A DNA stretch of 62,245 nt, filler included, from Sphacelaria rigidula (taxonomy: Eukaryota): the NCBI GenBank assembly GCA_964200075.2. It is 9 parts of 9 records of this genome, joined end to end, with 100 filler letters (N's around TTAATTAATTAA, not from the genome) between each part and the next. Parts side by side here need not be neighbours in the genome. Positions count along the whole stretch, not along the records: positions 20,784 to 27,610 come from CAXNAA020017880.1; positions 27,711 to 34,537 come from CAXNAA020017881.1; positions 34,638 to 41,464 come from CAXNAA020017882.1; 6 more parts are not named here. One strand, written 5' to 3'. Both the position numbers and the translations under genes were made by a program. This document shows positions 22,695 through 35,182 of this stretch, one piece after another; within the stretch, counting starts at the first letter, position 1; every line of letters begins with the position of its first letter. Under the pieces are notes generated by a model that had not been told where the DNA came from, made no database searches, and saw only the letters and a list, made by a program, of their open reading frames with translations.

Positions 22695-25446
22695 AGACAA
22701 AGGGGCGTACAGTCCCCCATATTTCAGCCGAAATGTAGGTACAGATAGCCGCACAGGTTGGAGCTGTCCGCGCCAGGCCCAAACCACCCAAACATCAATG
22801 CCCACGTGAACGCAAGGCGCCCACAGCACATGCAAAGCGTGTGCACCAACGTTCGCGAAAAAAGAGCGCGGTTTGATGGCGAAGCAGCGCCGCGGGAAGA
22901 AAGGGCCATGCAGTGTATCCCGCTATGTCCGACAACGGGGTAGGTAAACCCTGCGAACACTACCCAATTTATCTTGTACCGCATCCTGTCATTTGCTGTC
23001 TCATATTATGTCCAACGTGTACCTCTATTTGACCAATATGGGCCTTCCACAGCCCCCGTCCAGTTCCGCGCGCGGGAGAACATCGACTGGACGTCAGACG
23101 TCTCCAATCCTTCTTTTTGCCGTTTTTTACCTCTTTCTACGACGCGGAGACGCAACAGCCCACGCATTCACCTCTTTCTACGGCACGGAAACGCAACAGC
23201 CTACGCATACTTGTACCTCTCTGTACGAACTGGTTGGGTCGAGACCTCTGCCGGGTGATTGACACCCCGCGCCACGGGACTGTTGGCAGCCGGCACGGCA
23301 AGCTGCCAAAAAAGCTGCGCAAAAGAGAATACGAAGAGAGAAACAAAGTATGGAATACAATGGCTGAGCCGCTCGGTCCCTCAGCCGTGGCTTTCGCCCC
23401 CCACCGCAAGTGCAGACAACTTCCCTACGTGGCGGCGGAAACATGGCGAACGCTGCCTCACCGCCGGCGGCAATCTCGGCGAGACAAATTGCAGTCGGCG
23501 ACGTGTTTCAGATCGCAAAAGAGTTGGAAGTGAGCTTCGAGAGACTGATGTATTATGCCGGTCGCCAGGGCCGGGTGAACAAGGGGGTCACAGGCGGGCG
23601 GAGCAAGCGCCGTAGGTATCGTGGCGCGCTCATTGTAGAGGTGGTTATGGGGGGGGCGTGGTTATAGGGGCAAGAGGGTGCCCGGTGTTGGTTCGGGCAT
23701 GCCAACACGCTACGAAGGAGTGGTACGTAACCGAGGCCATTCTAGATCACATCCAGTGCTCTGGATAAGCTGGCGACAAAGGTAAGAAAGCCTGCCGGAG
23801 GTCGGTGGAGGCGGAGCCTTCGAAACAAATTGAACCAAACAGCAAAATATCATCGCCGGCTCTGGCAAGAACGCTGAAGTCGACTCGTGGGGTCGAGATA
23901 TCGGAGTGTACCGCCAACCGCGTGCGATCCGACGTCCTCGGGAGAGACTCAGAATCGCTGCCAAGAGAATATCAGGTGTTGGACATTTACTGCCGTATGC
24001 TCGGTAAAGGCCCGAGCAACATCGTGGAATGCTCGGTAAGTACCTTGCTGGGTCTGCAAGTGTTATCCTCAGATCAGGAGTGCGTGAGCACCTGGTACTC
24101 TTTTGCCAGCGCATGTCCGTCTCGTCCGAGCACGTCGGATCGCACGCGGTTGGCCGTACGCTCCGATATCTCAACGGCACAAGTTGTCTTCAGCGTCCTT
24201 GCTAACGCCGGTGATGATACTTTACTCTTTGCGTGCATCAGCTTGGAAGCCTCCGCCTCCGACCACCTCCGACAGGCCTTTTTCACCTTCTCCCCAGCTT
24301 GTCCAGAGCACTGGACATGATCTAAGATGGCCTCGGTCACGTGCCACTCCTTCCTCTAGTGTTGGCCTGCCCGCACCAACACCTGGCACTCCTTTGCCCC
24401 CTTGACCCCATCTACAATCACCGCCCCATTGCACCGATGGAGCTTGCTCCTCCCGCCTCCCACCCGCTTTCTTGTCCAGCCGGCTCTGGCGAACGGCAGA
24501 CAGAATCATTGTCTCCAAGCTCATATTTTACTCTTTCTAGTTTTCAACCACGTCACTGATTGCAATCGTTCTCGCCGAGATTGTCGCCGGCGGTGCGGCA
24601 GCGTTCGCCATATTGCCGGCGCCGGCAGGGCAAGTTGTCTGGACCTGGTCCCGCTGGATACCAAACGATGACTGAGCGATACCAAGCGATGACTGAGCGA
24701 CGGAGGGGTTCAGCCATCGTATTCCGTGATTTCTGCCGTCTGCGTCCTGTTCCATTCTTGGCAACTTGTGCCGTGTGCCAACGGTAGTGGGGTGTGTCAA
24801 ACACTCCACAGAAATATCGAGTCTCCACGCCGTAGAAAGAGGAAAAAATGAGCGTGGACTCTTGCGTCTCGTAGAAGGAGGTAAAAGTAAGCGTGGGCTC
24901 TTGTGTCTCGAGGCCGTAGAAAGAAGTAAAAAAAAGCGTGGGCTCTCGCCGTCTCCAGGACGTAGAAAGGGGTGAAAGTAAGCGTGGGCTCTTGTGTCTC
25001 CAGGACCGTAGAACGAGGTTAAAGAAGGATTGGAGAAGTCCTTCGTCCATCCGATTGTGTGCCGTACGCTGGATCGGACGGCGGCTGTGGAAGGGCCATA
25101 TTGATCAAAGAGAGGTACACCTTGGACATAAAATGAGATATCATAAGGCAAAATAAGGTACAAAATGAACTTGGTAGCTCTTGCTGGGTACACCTACCTC
25201 ATCTCGGACACCATAGGGTACTCTGCAAGGCTCTTGTTTCCCGCGTTGTTAGCCCGTAAAACCGCGCTTTTTTTCCCGCGAAAGTTGGCGTACATGCTTT
25301 GCATGGGCTGTGGGCACCTTGCCTTCGCGCGGGGATTGATTTTTGAGTGGTTTGGATCTAGCACGGACAGCTCTGCTCTCTAACTTGCGCGGTTACCTGT
25401 ACCTTCGTTTTGGCTGAAATGGGGTGGATTGTACCCACGTTTGCCT
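22695..25446. mobile_element. Inverted duplication of the 5' part of a Mutator/MULE element (two converging truncated transposase fragments)
   Basis: 22695-23995 aligns with the reverse complement of 24072-25446. Left arm from ATG 23443 reads IAVGDVFQIAKEL, GCPVLVRAC..EWYVTEAILDHIQC (MuDR-type Zn finger) and GVEISECTANRVRSDVLG..EYQVL, ending at a GTAAGT donor (24036). The right arm carries the homologous peptide from ATG 24611. Confidence 0.75.
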
Positions 25447-25993
25447 TTCGTCCTTGTAACGTTTGCAATCCTAATGCTCTATGTTGTTCTTGTCACGACA
25501 CAATTCCCATCCCGACGTCGGATGGGAAGATCTTTGAAGCCCATACCCGCTGCAGCATCTGGTCCGTCGCTCCCCACAACTCATCATTGAGCAGAGTTAG
25601 AAAGACCATGAAACCAGACGGAGGAAGGACGCGCAGCAACCAACATCGAGAGACGCTAGGCGGACTGGGATGGGATTTAAACCTCTGACCGCCAAGGTGG
25701 GTCATCTGGGCCTTACTTTCACTTTTCAAGTGACAAGTAGAGCAAAGGATTGACACTGGCCCAACGTATGTTGCACACCGTATCCACTTAGATTCACCCG
25801 CATTTTCAAGTCATGATGCCCGCACATCGTTAACGATGACTGGAGCGCGGTCTAAGGCAACCGTAACTGTCCTCTGTAGCTGATCCGTCAAAGCTACAAC
25901 CTCCTCTAGTCCCGTCATGATGGACTCCTCGTATAGTGATGTAGCCGATTAAACGGCTGAGCTAAAATAATAATCACATTTCTGTCAACGTTG

Positions 25994-26457
25994 CAAGGGC
26001 AGGTCGAGTACAGTATACTCAATACTCAGTATTTTCGAAGAGTCATACTTTTAGTACTCAAATTGTTGAGTAGCGTATTTGAGGTCGTACTCAATCTACT
26101 CAAAATTTTGAGGAGACTATTTGAGATCATACTCAATCCACTCAAAATTTGAGTAGAGTATTAAGGTCATACTCAGGTGATACTCTATACTCAAGTATTA
26201 CTGAGAGTGCTTACTCAATACTCGAGTAAAGTATTTGAAGTCGTGCTCGATCTGCTCAATATCTTATTAGAGTATTTGAGGTCATACTTAACCTACCCAA
26301 ACGTTTGAGTAGAGTATTCGAGGCCGTACTCGACCTACTCAAAATTTGAGTTGAGTATCTGAGGCCGTAATCGATCTACTCAAACTTTGAGTAGAGTAAA
26401 TATTCAAGTATTTCACTCGAGTGCTCAGAAGTACATAATCTACTCGACCTGCCCTTG
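25994..26457. mobile_element. hAT-like MITE filled with TACTCAA/TTGAGTA repeats
   Basis: TIR CAAGGGCAGGTCGAGTA / TACTCGACCTGCCCTTG. 8-bp flanks CAACGTTG and GAACGTTG match 7/8. Confidence 0.85.
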
Positions 26458-27399
26458 GAACGTTGCGTAATTTCGAGTGATACCGGACGTGATGGTCTAA
26501 CGGCATCCATCCGCTGATGGGGGATGCTTTCATGTGCCGTTTCTCAGTGCATGGTCGACAGTGCAGCATGAGTCCTGAGTCGAAGAAAGTTGTGCAAGGC
26601 AGAATGGATGATGACTTTTGAATTTGCACAAAAATGTCAATGATATGCCACCTTAGCAAGTCACCTGTGTTGCACACGCCGTGATAGAGAATGCTTGTGT
26701 GTACCGTCTAGTGCACGGTCGACAGTACAGCGTGAATCCTGGGTCGAACCACAGGACCCTACCAACTGCAGGTCAGGAGACAAGCCCCACTGTGTAGGAC
26801 GAGCTCATTATGGGCGAGGCTGAGGGGGGGGTCGGGGGGGGGGGGGGTTTCGGGGGTGGATATCTCTTGAAAATCATGAACAATAGCCATAATAAGAGAT
26901 GTGAACTGCCTGGTCATTACACGAAACACAGTGCGGTGGCCCAATCCCGCATCCTACCGAAACTAAGCAGTTATAGACCACACTGGTCAGTAGTTATTGA
27001 CTACACTGGAACCAGTTAGTTCGCGCATCAACTGAAACCAGGTAATTCTTGATGACACTGGATCCAACTATAATAATTATGGAAGACACTGAATACAGAA
27101 ATGAAGAGGAGGCCAGCCGACAACGTGCGATTAGACGGGAGACCAACGAAGCCCAAATAGCACGGCAATGAAGACGGTCCAGAGAAGGGGGGGGTGGGGG
27201 GTGAACCCCCCCGATGAGAGGTGTCGTTATGTCATGCAGTGCTTGTCTTCGTGCACCAGGTATGCTTGTACGTATGGCTGTCGCTCGAGAGGCCGAAATA
27301 TGGAACGTTGCGATTCTTACTTCTTTGGTTGGCGGTATTTGGGGCCGTGAGTCACGCCCGTAGTCGGACCCTGTGTTCATTTCTACTTGGCGTCGCGCG

Positions 27400-27610
27400 T
27401 CGAGTTGGAAAGCCGGGTGCCACCCCCTGAAGTCCAAATGGCCACCTGCGGCACCGGATCTTCTGAGGTTAGCCATACGTACTGTCTTTCCTCTTCAATA
27501 TTTATTCCTGTTTTGCTTGTATCGCGTTTTGTGAGTTTTAATCTGGGTCTAACTTGTTTTTTGTTTTTTTGCTAGCCTGTGACCACGGAAGGCGTCCGCA
27601 TCAGATGCCC
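27400..27610 (+). mobile_element. LINE 3' region of a second family; related pieces at 6758-6828 and 49120-49358, the latter with a (CAA)n tail
   Basis: ATGGCCACCTGCGGCACCGGATCTTCTGAGGTTAGCCATA is shared with 6766-6803. GCCTGTGACCACGGAAG.CGTCCG..TCAGATGCCC is shared with 49261-49296, which ends GACGACAACAACAACAAC. Confidence 0.65.
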
Positions 27611-27710
27611 NNNNNNNNNNNNNNNNNNNNNNNNNNNNNNNNNNNNNNNNNNNNTTAATTAATTAANNNNNNNNNNNNNNNNNNNNNNNNNNNNNNNNNN
27701 NNNNNNNNNN

Positions 27711-27753
<43 letters not shown>

Positions 27754-29469
27754 AATCTCACGCGAAAGTACCGAAATGACTTTTTTCAACTGAAAATGCA
27801 ATGTGCGGTATAAAAAAATCACCCAAACGACGAAAACCAGGTTGTGCCAAAAAAAAAGTCAGGTCGGGATTTGAACTCGTGACCTCCGTAACTGGAGAAT
27901 CTTGCATCTGTTAGACCAGCGGGGCGCAGCGGTGTCACACAAAAAGTTCCATGTGCAGCCAAATTTTTATTTTCCCTGTAGTCGAAAGTTTATAAAGATC
28001 TTCTGCGCGCGAGTGAAAAATTCGTGATTTAAGCTACCCTGGTGGTATTGCTCTCTCGATAGACTAGAGCTCCGAAGACATTATCTAGCTTTAGTTTTAG
28101 TTTATACTGAAATTTCAAGTTGCTCCAACTGTTTTTTTTTTTTCTTGTTTAGGTAACTCGAGAAAAAAGTCGCTTGTTGATAATATAGATGTGTCAAAAT
28201 TTCCAGCGCCTAAATCCTTCAATGAAGCCGCACATCACCAATCAAGCGAGAAAAAAAACCGTTGGCAGCCCAAGCTCGTCGTATTTCGCGATTTTATGAT
28301 GGTGACAACCGACAGGTACTGGTACCAATACACAGCCCTTAGTTTGGAAGCGTTGTGGGGGAAAGCAAAGGTGCAGGTGAATCGGTTCGAAGTGTTTCGA
28401 CAGCTTCGTCGTGAAGCAAAAGTTCGCCAATCAATATCAACGGCATTTTTTTTCTCTTCTTTCTGTTCCATACTGTATGAAACTCGCTCACCCGCGCGAA
28501 TTGGGGTTTCAGTGCAGCGGTATCACGCTATAGTACACGTACAACACGGTTGCAGCTTGCGTTCATACAGCAGTGTATGTACGCATGCCACCGCCCTCCC
28601 CCCTGGAGTAGGAAGGTATGTTGCCGTTCCGATATATTTTTTTCGCAAAATTCTTCCGAAAGGGGTGCGTCTTTCAAGTGCAACGGTGCCGCGAAGTTTC
28701 CAACCGTATGTTTCTGATTGGCCAAGTATTCCTTGCCGTCCATGGGGAGATAACCGTGCGGATTGATAATTGATTGATTGTCGCACTTTAACTAACCCCT
28801 CAGCGGAGTGAAGTAAATTAGTCCGTTTATTCACTTGCTTGCGGTCATAACTGTCATCATCATTTCAATAAAAAGTTCGACGGTGCGGCGCGACAATCAT
28901 ACCCCAATTGAGTGTAATCAATTCGAGTGACGGAGTAAAAATATCTCATCAAATGGAAAGATTTGCGGTAAATGCTAAGGAATCCAGCCATGGTCGCAAA
29001 AAAAAAAAAAACTGTGCCCGAGAGTTAAAGGAAAAAAACATTTAAAAAAAATGGAAAGGGGAAGGGTTTAAGGGAAAAGAATCGAGAAGGAGGCCAATTC
29101 TTACGGCAAGCAAAAAGAGTTTTAGTAACTCGCTTGTCGAGATTTTTTGTGTGACCAAATCTTAAACTAACTCTTACGGGACCCGTGCAAAATCAATATC
29201 GCGCCCGGCTTTGAACGGCTGGCAAAAGAAACACTCTTATGGAACAAAGTCAGAGAGGCTTTCGAGCAAAACAGGGCCCTGCAATTTCAAAACGGGTCCC
29301 CATTTTAGCCGGGCGTTCAAGATCGGTTGCCGAGTTTGGACGACGGGCCCAAATTGAGGACCCATTTTACATCGGCCGGCGTATATCTGCCCGTACAGGC
29401 TGATTTGCAGAACCTGCCTGTACCGTAGAACCAGTTCCACAGTACGTTTGAGCAGATCCGCCAGTCTAA

Positions 29470-30421
29470 GAACGAACACATTTTTGAATTCACCCACCAC
29501 CCTCGAAAGAGACGACGCATGATAATGCGAACAGACCACGACATGTACACGCACAGTACTACAAGCCGCACACACTCACGCACAGAGAGAGACGAACCTC
29601 ACCAGCATCCCTTCAACTCATCGTACACACATGGCAAGCAGGCAATACATGTGCTTTTGTATATACAGATTGGTTGTTTTTTGGTGAATACTTCTCAGAG
29701 AGTCAGTACAGCACTACTATACTGCTGTAAACATTGTTCGCAACACAGACTATTATAATGCGAATACGGTAGATACTTTAATGCATTGCGATGACTCCAG
29801 CGTGTGTTGTCCACAAAGCCCTCAACGAGATAAGTTTTACCGTCTTCGCAGATGTAGGATAAAATAACTCCCACTGCTCTTCTTTTTGTATCTATTACAA
29901 CTGCTGCACCCGGGTGGTCGAAGTGTCATGGCAGGACAATTCAGTCATGGAGGCCATGAGGTCCAGTTCCGACGGATAGAGTGTGCTAAACCATCTATTT
30001 GTGTGTGTACAAATTTGTTTCCGGTACATAATACATGCTCCTCAGACGTTACATGCCTCGACACAACAGTTGTGGGTGTGTGGGGAGGGCTGGCACGGTT
30101 GTCGAAAACACGACATCGGGTGCAGCGATGGTGATAGATACAAAAAGAAGAGCAGTGCGAGTTATTTTATCCTGCATCTACGCAGACGGTAAAGTTTGTG
30201 TCGTTTGGGGCTTTGCGGACAACACACGCTGGAGTCATCGCAATACATTCAAGTATCCACCGTATGCGTTTTAGTCTGTACTGTATCGCGAACAATTTTT
30301 GCAGCAGTATAATAGTGCTGTACTGACTCTCTGAGGAGTATTTACCAAAAACAACCAATCTGTACATACAAGAGGTGGATTGCCTGCCTGTCAAGGGTGT
30401 ACGATGAGTTGAAGGGGTGCT

Positions 30422-30460
<39 letters not shown>

Positions 30461-30553
30461 CTTGTAGTATTGTGCGTGTACATGTGGTCTGTTCGCATTA
30501 CCATGCGTCGTCTCTTTCGAGGGTGGTGGGTGAATTCAAAAATGTGTTCGTTC
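29470..30553. mobile_element. 1.08-kb fold-back element with ~440-bp TIRs, Kolobok-like
   Basis: GAACGAACACATTTTTGAATTCACCCACCACCCTCGAAAGAGACGACGCATG has an exact reverse complement ending at 30553. Arms 29470-29912 and 30117-30553. Flanks CTAA/TTAT resemble a degenerate TTAA. Confidence 0.85.
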
Positions 30554-30562
30554 TTATTTTAC

Positions 30563-32139
30563 ATTAGGCGAAGGACCAAACTATGAGACATGTCATGTTC
30601 TACTGCACGACTGCATGAACACACTCAAGCCCTCTCTTGTGTGCTGTAGCTGTCACTGTACTGTGGTGTGTTCTAGACCTTGCGAAGACGGTCTGGTCAC
30701 CGCTGGGATTGCCTGAGCTGCGTCACTGGTGTCAAGTTTTTACTCTGTACAAACTGTTGCCGGTACGCAGCGCCGTCTTGTTCAAGCTGAAAACGCCACG
30801 ACTTGTTTCGCGGCAAACAAGGCGCTGGGTGCCCAGACCCACCATCCCTGTGCGGTGGATGACACTGCACTACATACAGTACGGTGCGTTTTGGATCCTG
30901 TGAACACGGTTTGAACTCCGCTGGGGATTGATTGCCTGGACTGCTGCACTACCACCGTGTCCCGGTCGGTACGGAAACTTTTAACCGACACGCGGTACTG
31001 TCTTATAAAAGTTGAAAGAGTCACGTATGGTTGTTGTATCGTCTACACAACGAACGACGCGCTTCGTGCCCACGCTCATCGTTTTCAAGCTGTAGTCGTC
31101 GCTGTAGTATGGTGTGTTTTGAACGCTAGGGACACAGTTTGGTCTGAGCTGGAGATTGCCTGAGCTGCTGTGTTCCGGTCCGAACAGGAACGGAGGCGGA
31201 ACACAAGTGCTACCTACATAGGGTGCTGTTGTACAGGTGCGGAGCTCCCAGATAACGCCAACTTCATGTGTGCCACTCTGCCCTTGTGGCACAAGACATG
31301 TTTTTTTTCGTCTTCGCTCAAATCGCGGCAGAAAACACGACGTTCAAAATCGGCCAAAAACTGGGCACAACGCCAATACATGGGGGGAGATTTTTGTACT
31401 GAAATGTAAAATTCGACCAATCAGAGGCCCCTCAGTGAGGAATCGGCGGAATCTAGTGAAAATGAAATGCGACCTGCGTAGTGATTGATGTAAATTAGTG
31501 AAAAATGCTTGTGATTGGCTCGCACACTCGAGTCACACCTGTAGTGTACGTACTACAGTACAGGAGTAAGCAGTAGCGCCGAGATGGATAGAGCAGCAGC
31601 AGAGAAATGAAGCTGCAACCAGACAAGCAGAAAGTGAGAGGTACTTTGCCACCGCAGGGGGTCGTTGCGATGCTCGTGTATCGGTATACCCCCATCTTAG
31701 TATGGCTGGTTGTGTCTTTCCGTGGCCGTCGGCGCCAGTGCTGGCGCCGATGCCAGCGGCTGCAATGCTGTGGGCCGCTCTTTTCATCGGAGCATGGGGT
31801 CTGGCCCAGCCGGTTGAGCGGTGTATACCGGCGCTAGTTGTGTGTCTTTACCTAGCCATGTTCGGCACCGCGCAAATGATGGGTGTGGGTAACATGAAGT
31901 TTCCAAGAGTCAAGTGTGTAGACAGCACTTCGTCCCGACTGATACTAAATGTTACAGAGACGAACACAACGATACAGTAGCCCAGGCAATCTCAGCGGAT
32001 ACCAAACCGTCTTCGCAAGGTCTACAATAAACACACCACAAAACAGTGATAGCTACAGCACATGAGAGCGGACATGAGTGTGTTTGTGCTGCAGTGCAGT
32101 GAAACAGGACATATCCCATGTTTAGTTCTTCGCCTGATT
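30563..32139. mobile_element. 1.6-kb non-autonomous TIR element with ~160-bp diverged TIRs and internal subterminal repeats
   Basis: ATTAGGCGAAGGACCAAAC..AGACCTTGCGAAGACGGT..GATTGCCTG pairs with CAGGCAATCTC..ACCGTCTTCGCAAGGTCT..TTCTTCGCCTGATT, followed by TTAA. The GATTGCCTG unit recurs at ~30930 and ~31155. Confidence 0.7.
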
Positions 32140-32156
32140 TTAAATGGGTCGTTGAA

Positions 32157-32450
32157 CAACGTTTTCGTGAGATTGAGAGTAGAGCGCTGATTGAGAGTGG
32201 CTTTGATCATTCGCTGTAACGTAGCCAAATTTTCACTCCGTGTGTGCTTTTTTTTTGCCTCCATCGCTGGCGTATGCTTACAGCTACACGTCGATATCCT
32301 ACTCAGGGATATCAGGGGCCTCAGTGGCAAGCTACCTCAGAAAGCATATCGGGCCTCGTGTGGAGGGGCATTTCGGAACTGAAACGGTTCATTCCCTAGT
32401 TGACCATTTTTCACTCTCATTCTTATCCTCTACGCTCGATCACGGGAACT
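32157..32450 (+). mobile_element. Abundant ~290-bp MITE family with CAGTGTTTTCGTGAGATTGAGAG TIR; copies at 41332-41464, 41565-41638, 48492-48557, 49920-50636 (-), 58428-58721
   Basis: Shared core GATTGAGAGTGGCTTTGATCATTCGCT..ACAGCTACACGT.GATATCC.ACTCAGGG. Three contig ends fall inside it, consistent with very high copy number. Confidence 0.85.
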
Positions 32451-32601
32451 GGCACATCAAAATGACGTCAAAGTTACTTCATCAATGCAGAAAACCGCAT
32501 CGCTGGCGGTAACCGTTTTCAAAATATACGCACAAGTAAAAAAACGCGTACAAAATGAGCGAAAATAAACTCAAAGCGGTATTCCAAAGCTCCTTGCTCA
32601 C

Positions 32602-33987
32602 CTAGCTTCCAGCAAATCCCCCACCAGGGCCTCTGTTCGCCGATCCTCCGCCTCCGCCAACCCCCGAGCCTGCAGCCCCGCAGCCGACAAGACGGCGGCC
32701 CGCGCAGCGCTCGACGCCGTTGTCGTCTGACTCCCGTCGTTCGTCGAACCGCCCCCTCCCCCCCTCCTCCACTGGCCAGAGTCTCGTGTTGGTGACGGAA
32801 AAGAAAAATTCTCTCCGTTCGCCCCGTCTCCGCTCCGCCGCCCGTTAACCTCCAGCTGCTTTGGTACCGCATACGCGCCCGAGGTCGGCGCAACGGAATT
32901 TCGCATCTCGACGTCACCATCCCCTTCGTGTCTGTACGCGTACCCGCGTGTATTCGAGTGTGATGGTCCAGGAGAGGACCGCGTGCCCAGGTCCTGGCCT
33001 GAGCTATTATTCCCGGGTGTAGACACAGCGTCCCTCGACGAGGATGCCGCTCCCACCGCGGATCGGCGAGCAAGATCTTCGGCGGCCGCCGAGGCAGCCG
33101 CCATTGCTGCCTTGAGGACCTCCGGGTGGACGTTTGATATGAGGGAAGACGCCAGCACCAGCGCAGGTGACGCCGGACCGAGGTGTATCGGTAGGTCGTC
33201 CACGCCGCTGTCTCGAATACCCGGCCGAGTCAACGCCTCGCCGCCTTTCCTGGCAGCTTTCACGTCCAAAGTCTCAGGATGTGACCCGCTCATATTTTTC
33301 CGCCGCGGCTGCTGCTGCTCCTGATGTTGCTGCTGCTGCTTTCCAGACCCCGTACTACTCGCACACGTGACCGTGGAGCCAGAAGCAGTGCCATCCCCAC
33401 CACCGTCAGCGGCTGCTGAAGACTCTGGCGGCGGCCGCTGTGCGACGTCATCAACATCCGAAGGCACTCCTGCGTTCATCGTATTTTCCGGCAGCTCCGC
33501 ACGCCGTCGCGGCGGCGGTGACATCCGGAAAGACCCTCGTGATTCTTCATCCGTCTCCTGGGGTAACTCGGCAGCAAGAGTCTCCTCCACGGCCAGATTG
33601 AGGAACTGACGCATGCAGGCAACCGGCGACCGACCGCCACCTACCCTCTGAGCCACAACGTCCCATTGGTCGGGCGTTGCGACTGCCGCCTCCATTAACC
33701 GCATCAGCTCCTGTGTATCCCATCTCTCCACACCAGCCCCTTCTGGCGCCTCCCCGTCGCCCGTTGGATCACCAACAGTATCGCCGCCGCCGCTGCCTGC
33801 TCCTCCCCTCGCTCCATCTCTGCTGCCATGATGTTGTGCGGTGCCGCCTCTTGCACCCCCTCCCGAGGTTGCAGCAGAAGAGTTACCCCGCAATTGCAAG
33901 GGGCTCGGAGACACGGGATAGGAAGGAGGTCGCCGCCCCCCCGTGCGAGTATTGATAAGCCCAAATCGATCAAGAAAGTCGTGGATC
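32602..33987 (-). CDS. SWI3: Internal exon (1386 nt) of a SWI3/SMARCC-type SWI/SNF chromatin-remodelling subunit
   Basis: RIHDFLDRFGLIN (end of SWIRM domain), WDTQELMRLMEA..WDVVAQRVGGGRSPVACMRQFLNL (SANT), AAVLSAAGLQARGLAEAEDRRTEALVGDLLEAR (C-terminal coiled region). CAG acceptor at 33990-33988, GTGAG donor at 32601, same phase at both ends. Confidence 0.9.
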
Positions 33988-34323
33988 CTGATCATCGGGT
34001 ATTTTGTTGTTGTTGCGTTTTTACAGAAAAAGCGGGGCCATGTGAGAGGAAGGGCACGAGTTATTTCTATGAATGTACTACTTTTACCAATTTCCAGCCT
34101 TTCCAGCCTTTGGACAGCTAGCTGGGCCTCTCCTCAGTGAACGATAAATAGGAACCATGTTTCAGCTTCAGCCAAACACTACTACGGATGGGGATCCCTG
34201 TATGGTACAGCAAGGTGATAGATCGGCATAATGATCACGCTACGGTGAAATCCCGCACTAAACTGGCATAAGTTCAAATATGTAATGATGGTACAACGGG
34301 TCGGACTTGTGACAGCGATGGTC

Positions 34324-34359
<36 letters not shown>

Positions 34360-35022
34360 ACGTACTTCCGTTTCCATCATCTGGCCAGATGCGTTCATCA
34401 AAATGTTGGCCCTAACTTGACGGGGGAGGGAGAAGAGGAGGAGGAGGGGGGGGGGGGGGGGGGGTTTTTTTTAAATCTCCCCCTCCTTCAGGTGTTTTTT
34501 TTTTAACAATTTTTTTTTGTTTGGGAGAGAACCGTCTNNNNNNNNNNNNNNNNNNNNNNNNNNNNNNNNNNNNNNNNNNNNTTAATTAATTAANNNNNNN
34601 NNNNNNNNNNNNNNNNNNNNNNNNNNNNNNNNNNNNNGGTCCGCCCCTACAAAGCCGGGACGGAGCACGCCGGGTTCTCACCGGACCAGGCTGAGGGGGG
34701 GAGGGGGGGATGAGTCAAGGCTGTGCAGGATAAGGATGACGATGGAGTCAGCTGGTTTTGCGTTCCGAAAGGTCGCAGCAGGCCGTACAAGAAGGCACGA
34801 AGTCTCAGCCAAGCCTGACTTTCGAAGCGCTGCAGACACTACAGCGCCTCGTTGTGATATCATCTTCTCCTCACACGCACGACGAAGTATTCAAGGAACG
34901 GTATCATCGGAGGTTGGGTTTGGTGGTTGGAATCGCGTGTAAAAAATGCTTCGTCACACCTCACTGAAAATTCTACAAATCCTGGCAGCACCTCGTCAGG
35001 AAACACACACACACACGCAAAC

Positions 35023-35182
35023 CTGGTACACATCTCGCCGGGTGCCAAAGGGCAGGGTAGCCGCCGAGCCCTTGGCGCGTTGATAGACGATAGACCGTTG
35101 CAGCCTCGAAAAGGGCGCGCTCTCGCTGTCCGATTCTATAAGGTACTGACGGATCTCTGGGCGGATAGACTCGATTATGAAC
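35023..35182 (-). CDS. FMN-binding glutamate synthase family protein, downstream exon
   Basis: (R)FIIESIRPEIRQYLIESDSESAPFSRLQRSIVYQRAKG..LPFGTRRDVYQ matches the conserved N-terminal region of this family. TAG acceptor at 35185-35183, GT donor at 35022. Confidence 0.9.

Noticed and set aside
27711-27750. 40-nt poly-G as a G-quadruplex element
   Set aside because: It sits at a contig start, where long G runs are a common sequencing or assembly artefact.
27848-27930. tRNA-like sequence on the minus strand (GAGTTCAAATCCC followed by a T-run)
   Set aside because: Only the B box is clear and I could not build a cloverleaf; at most a degenerate Pol III-derived fragment.
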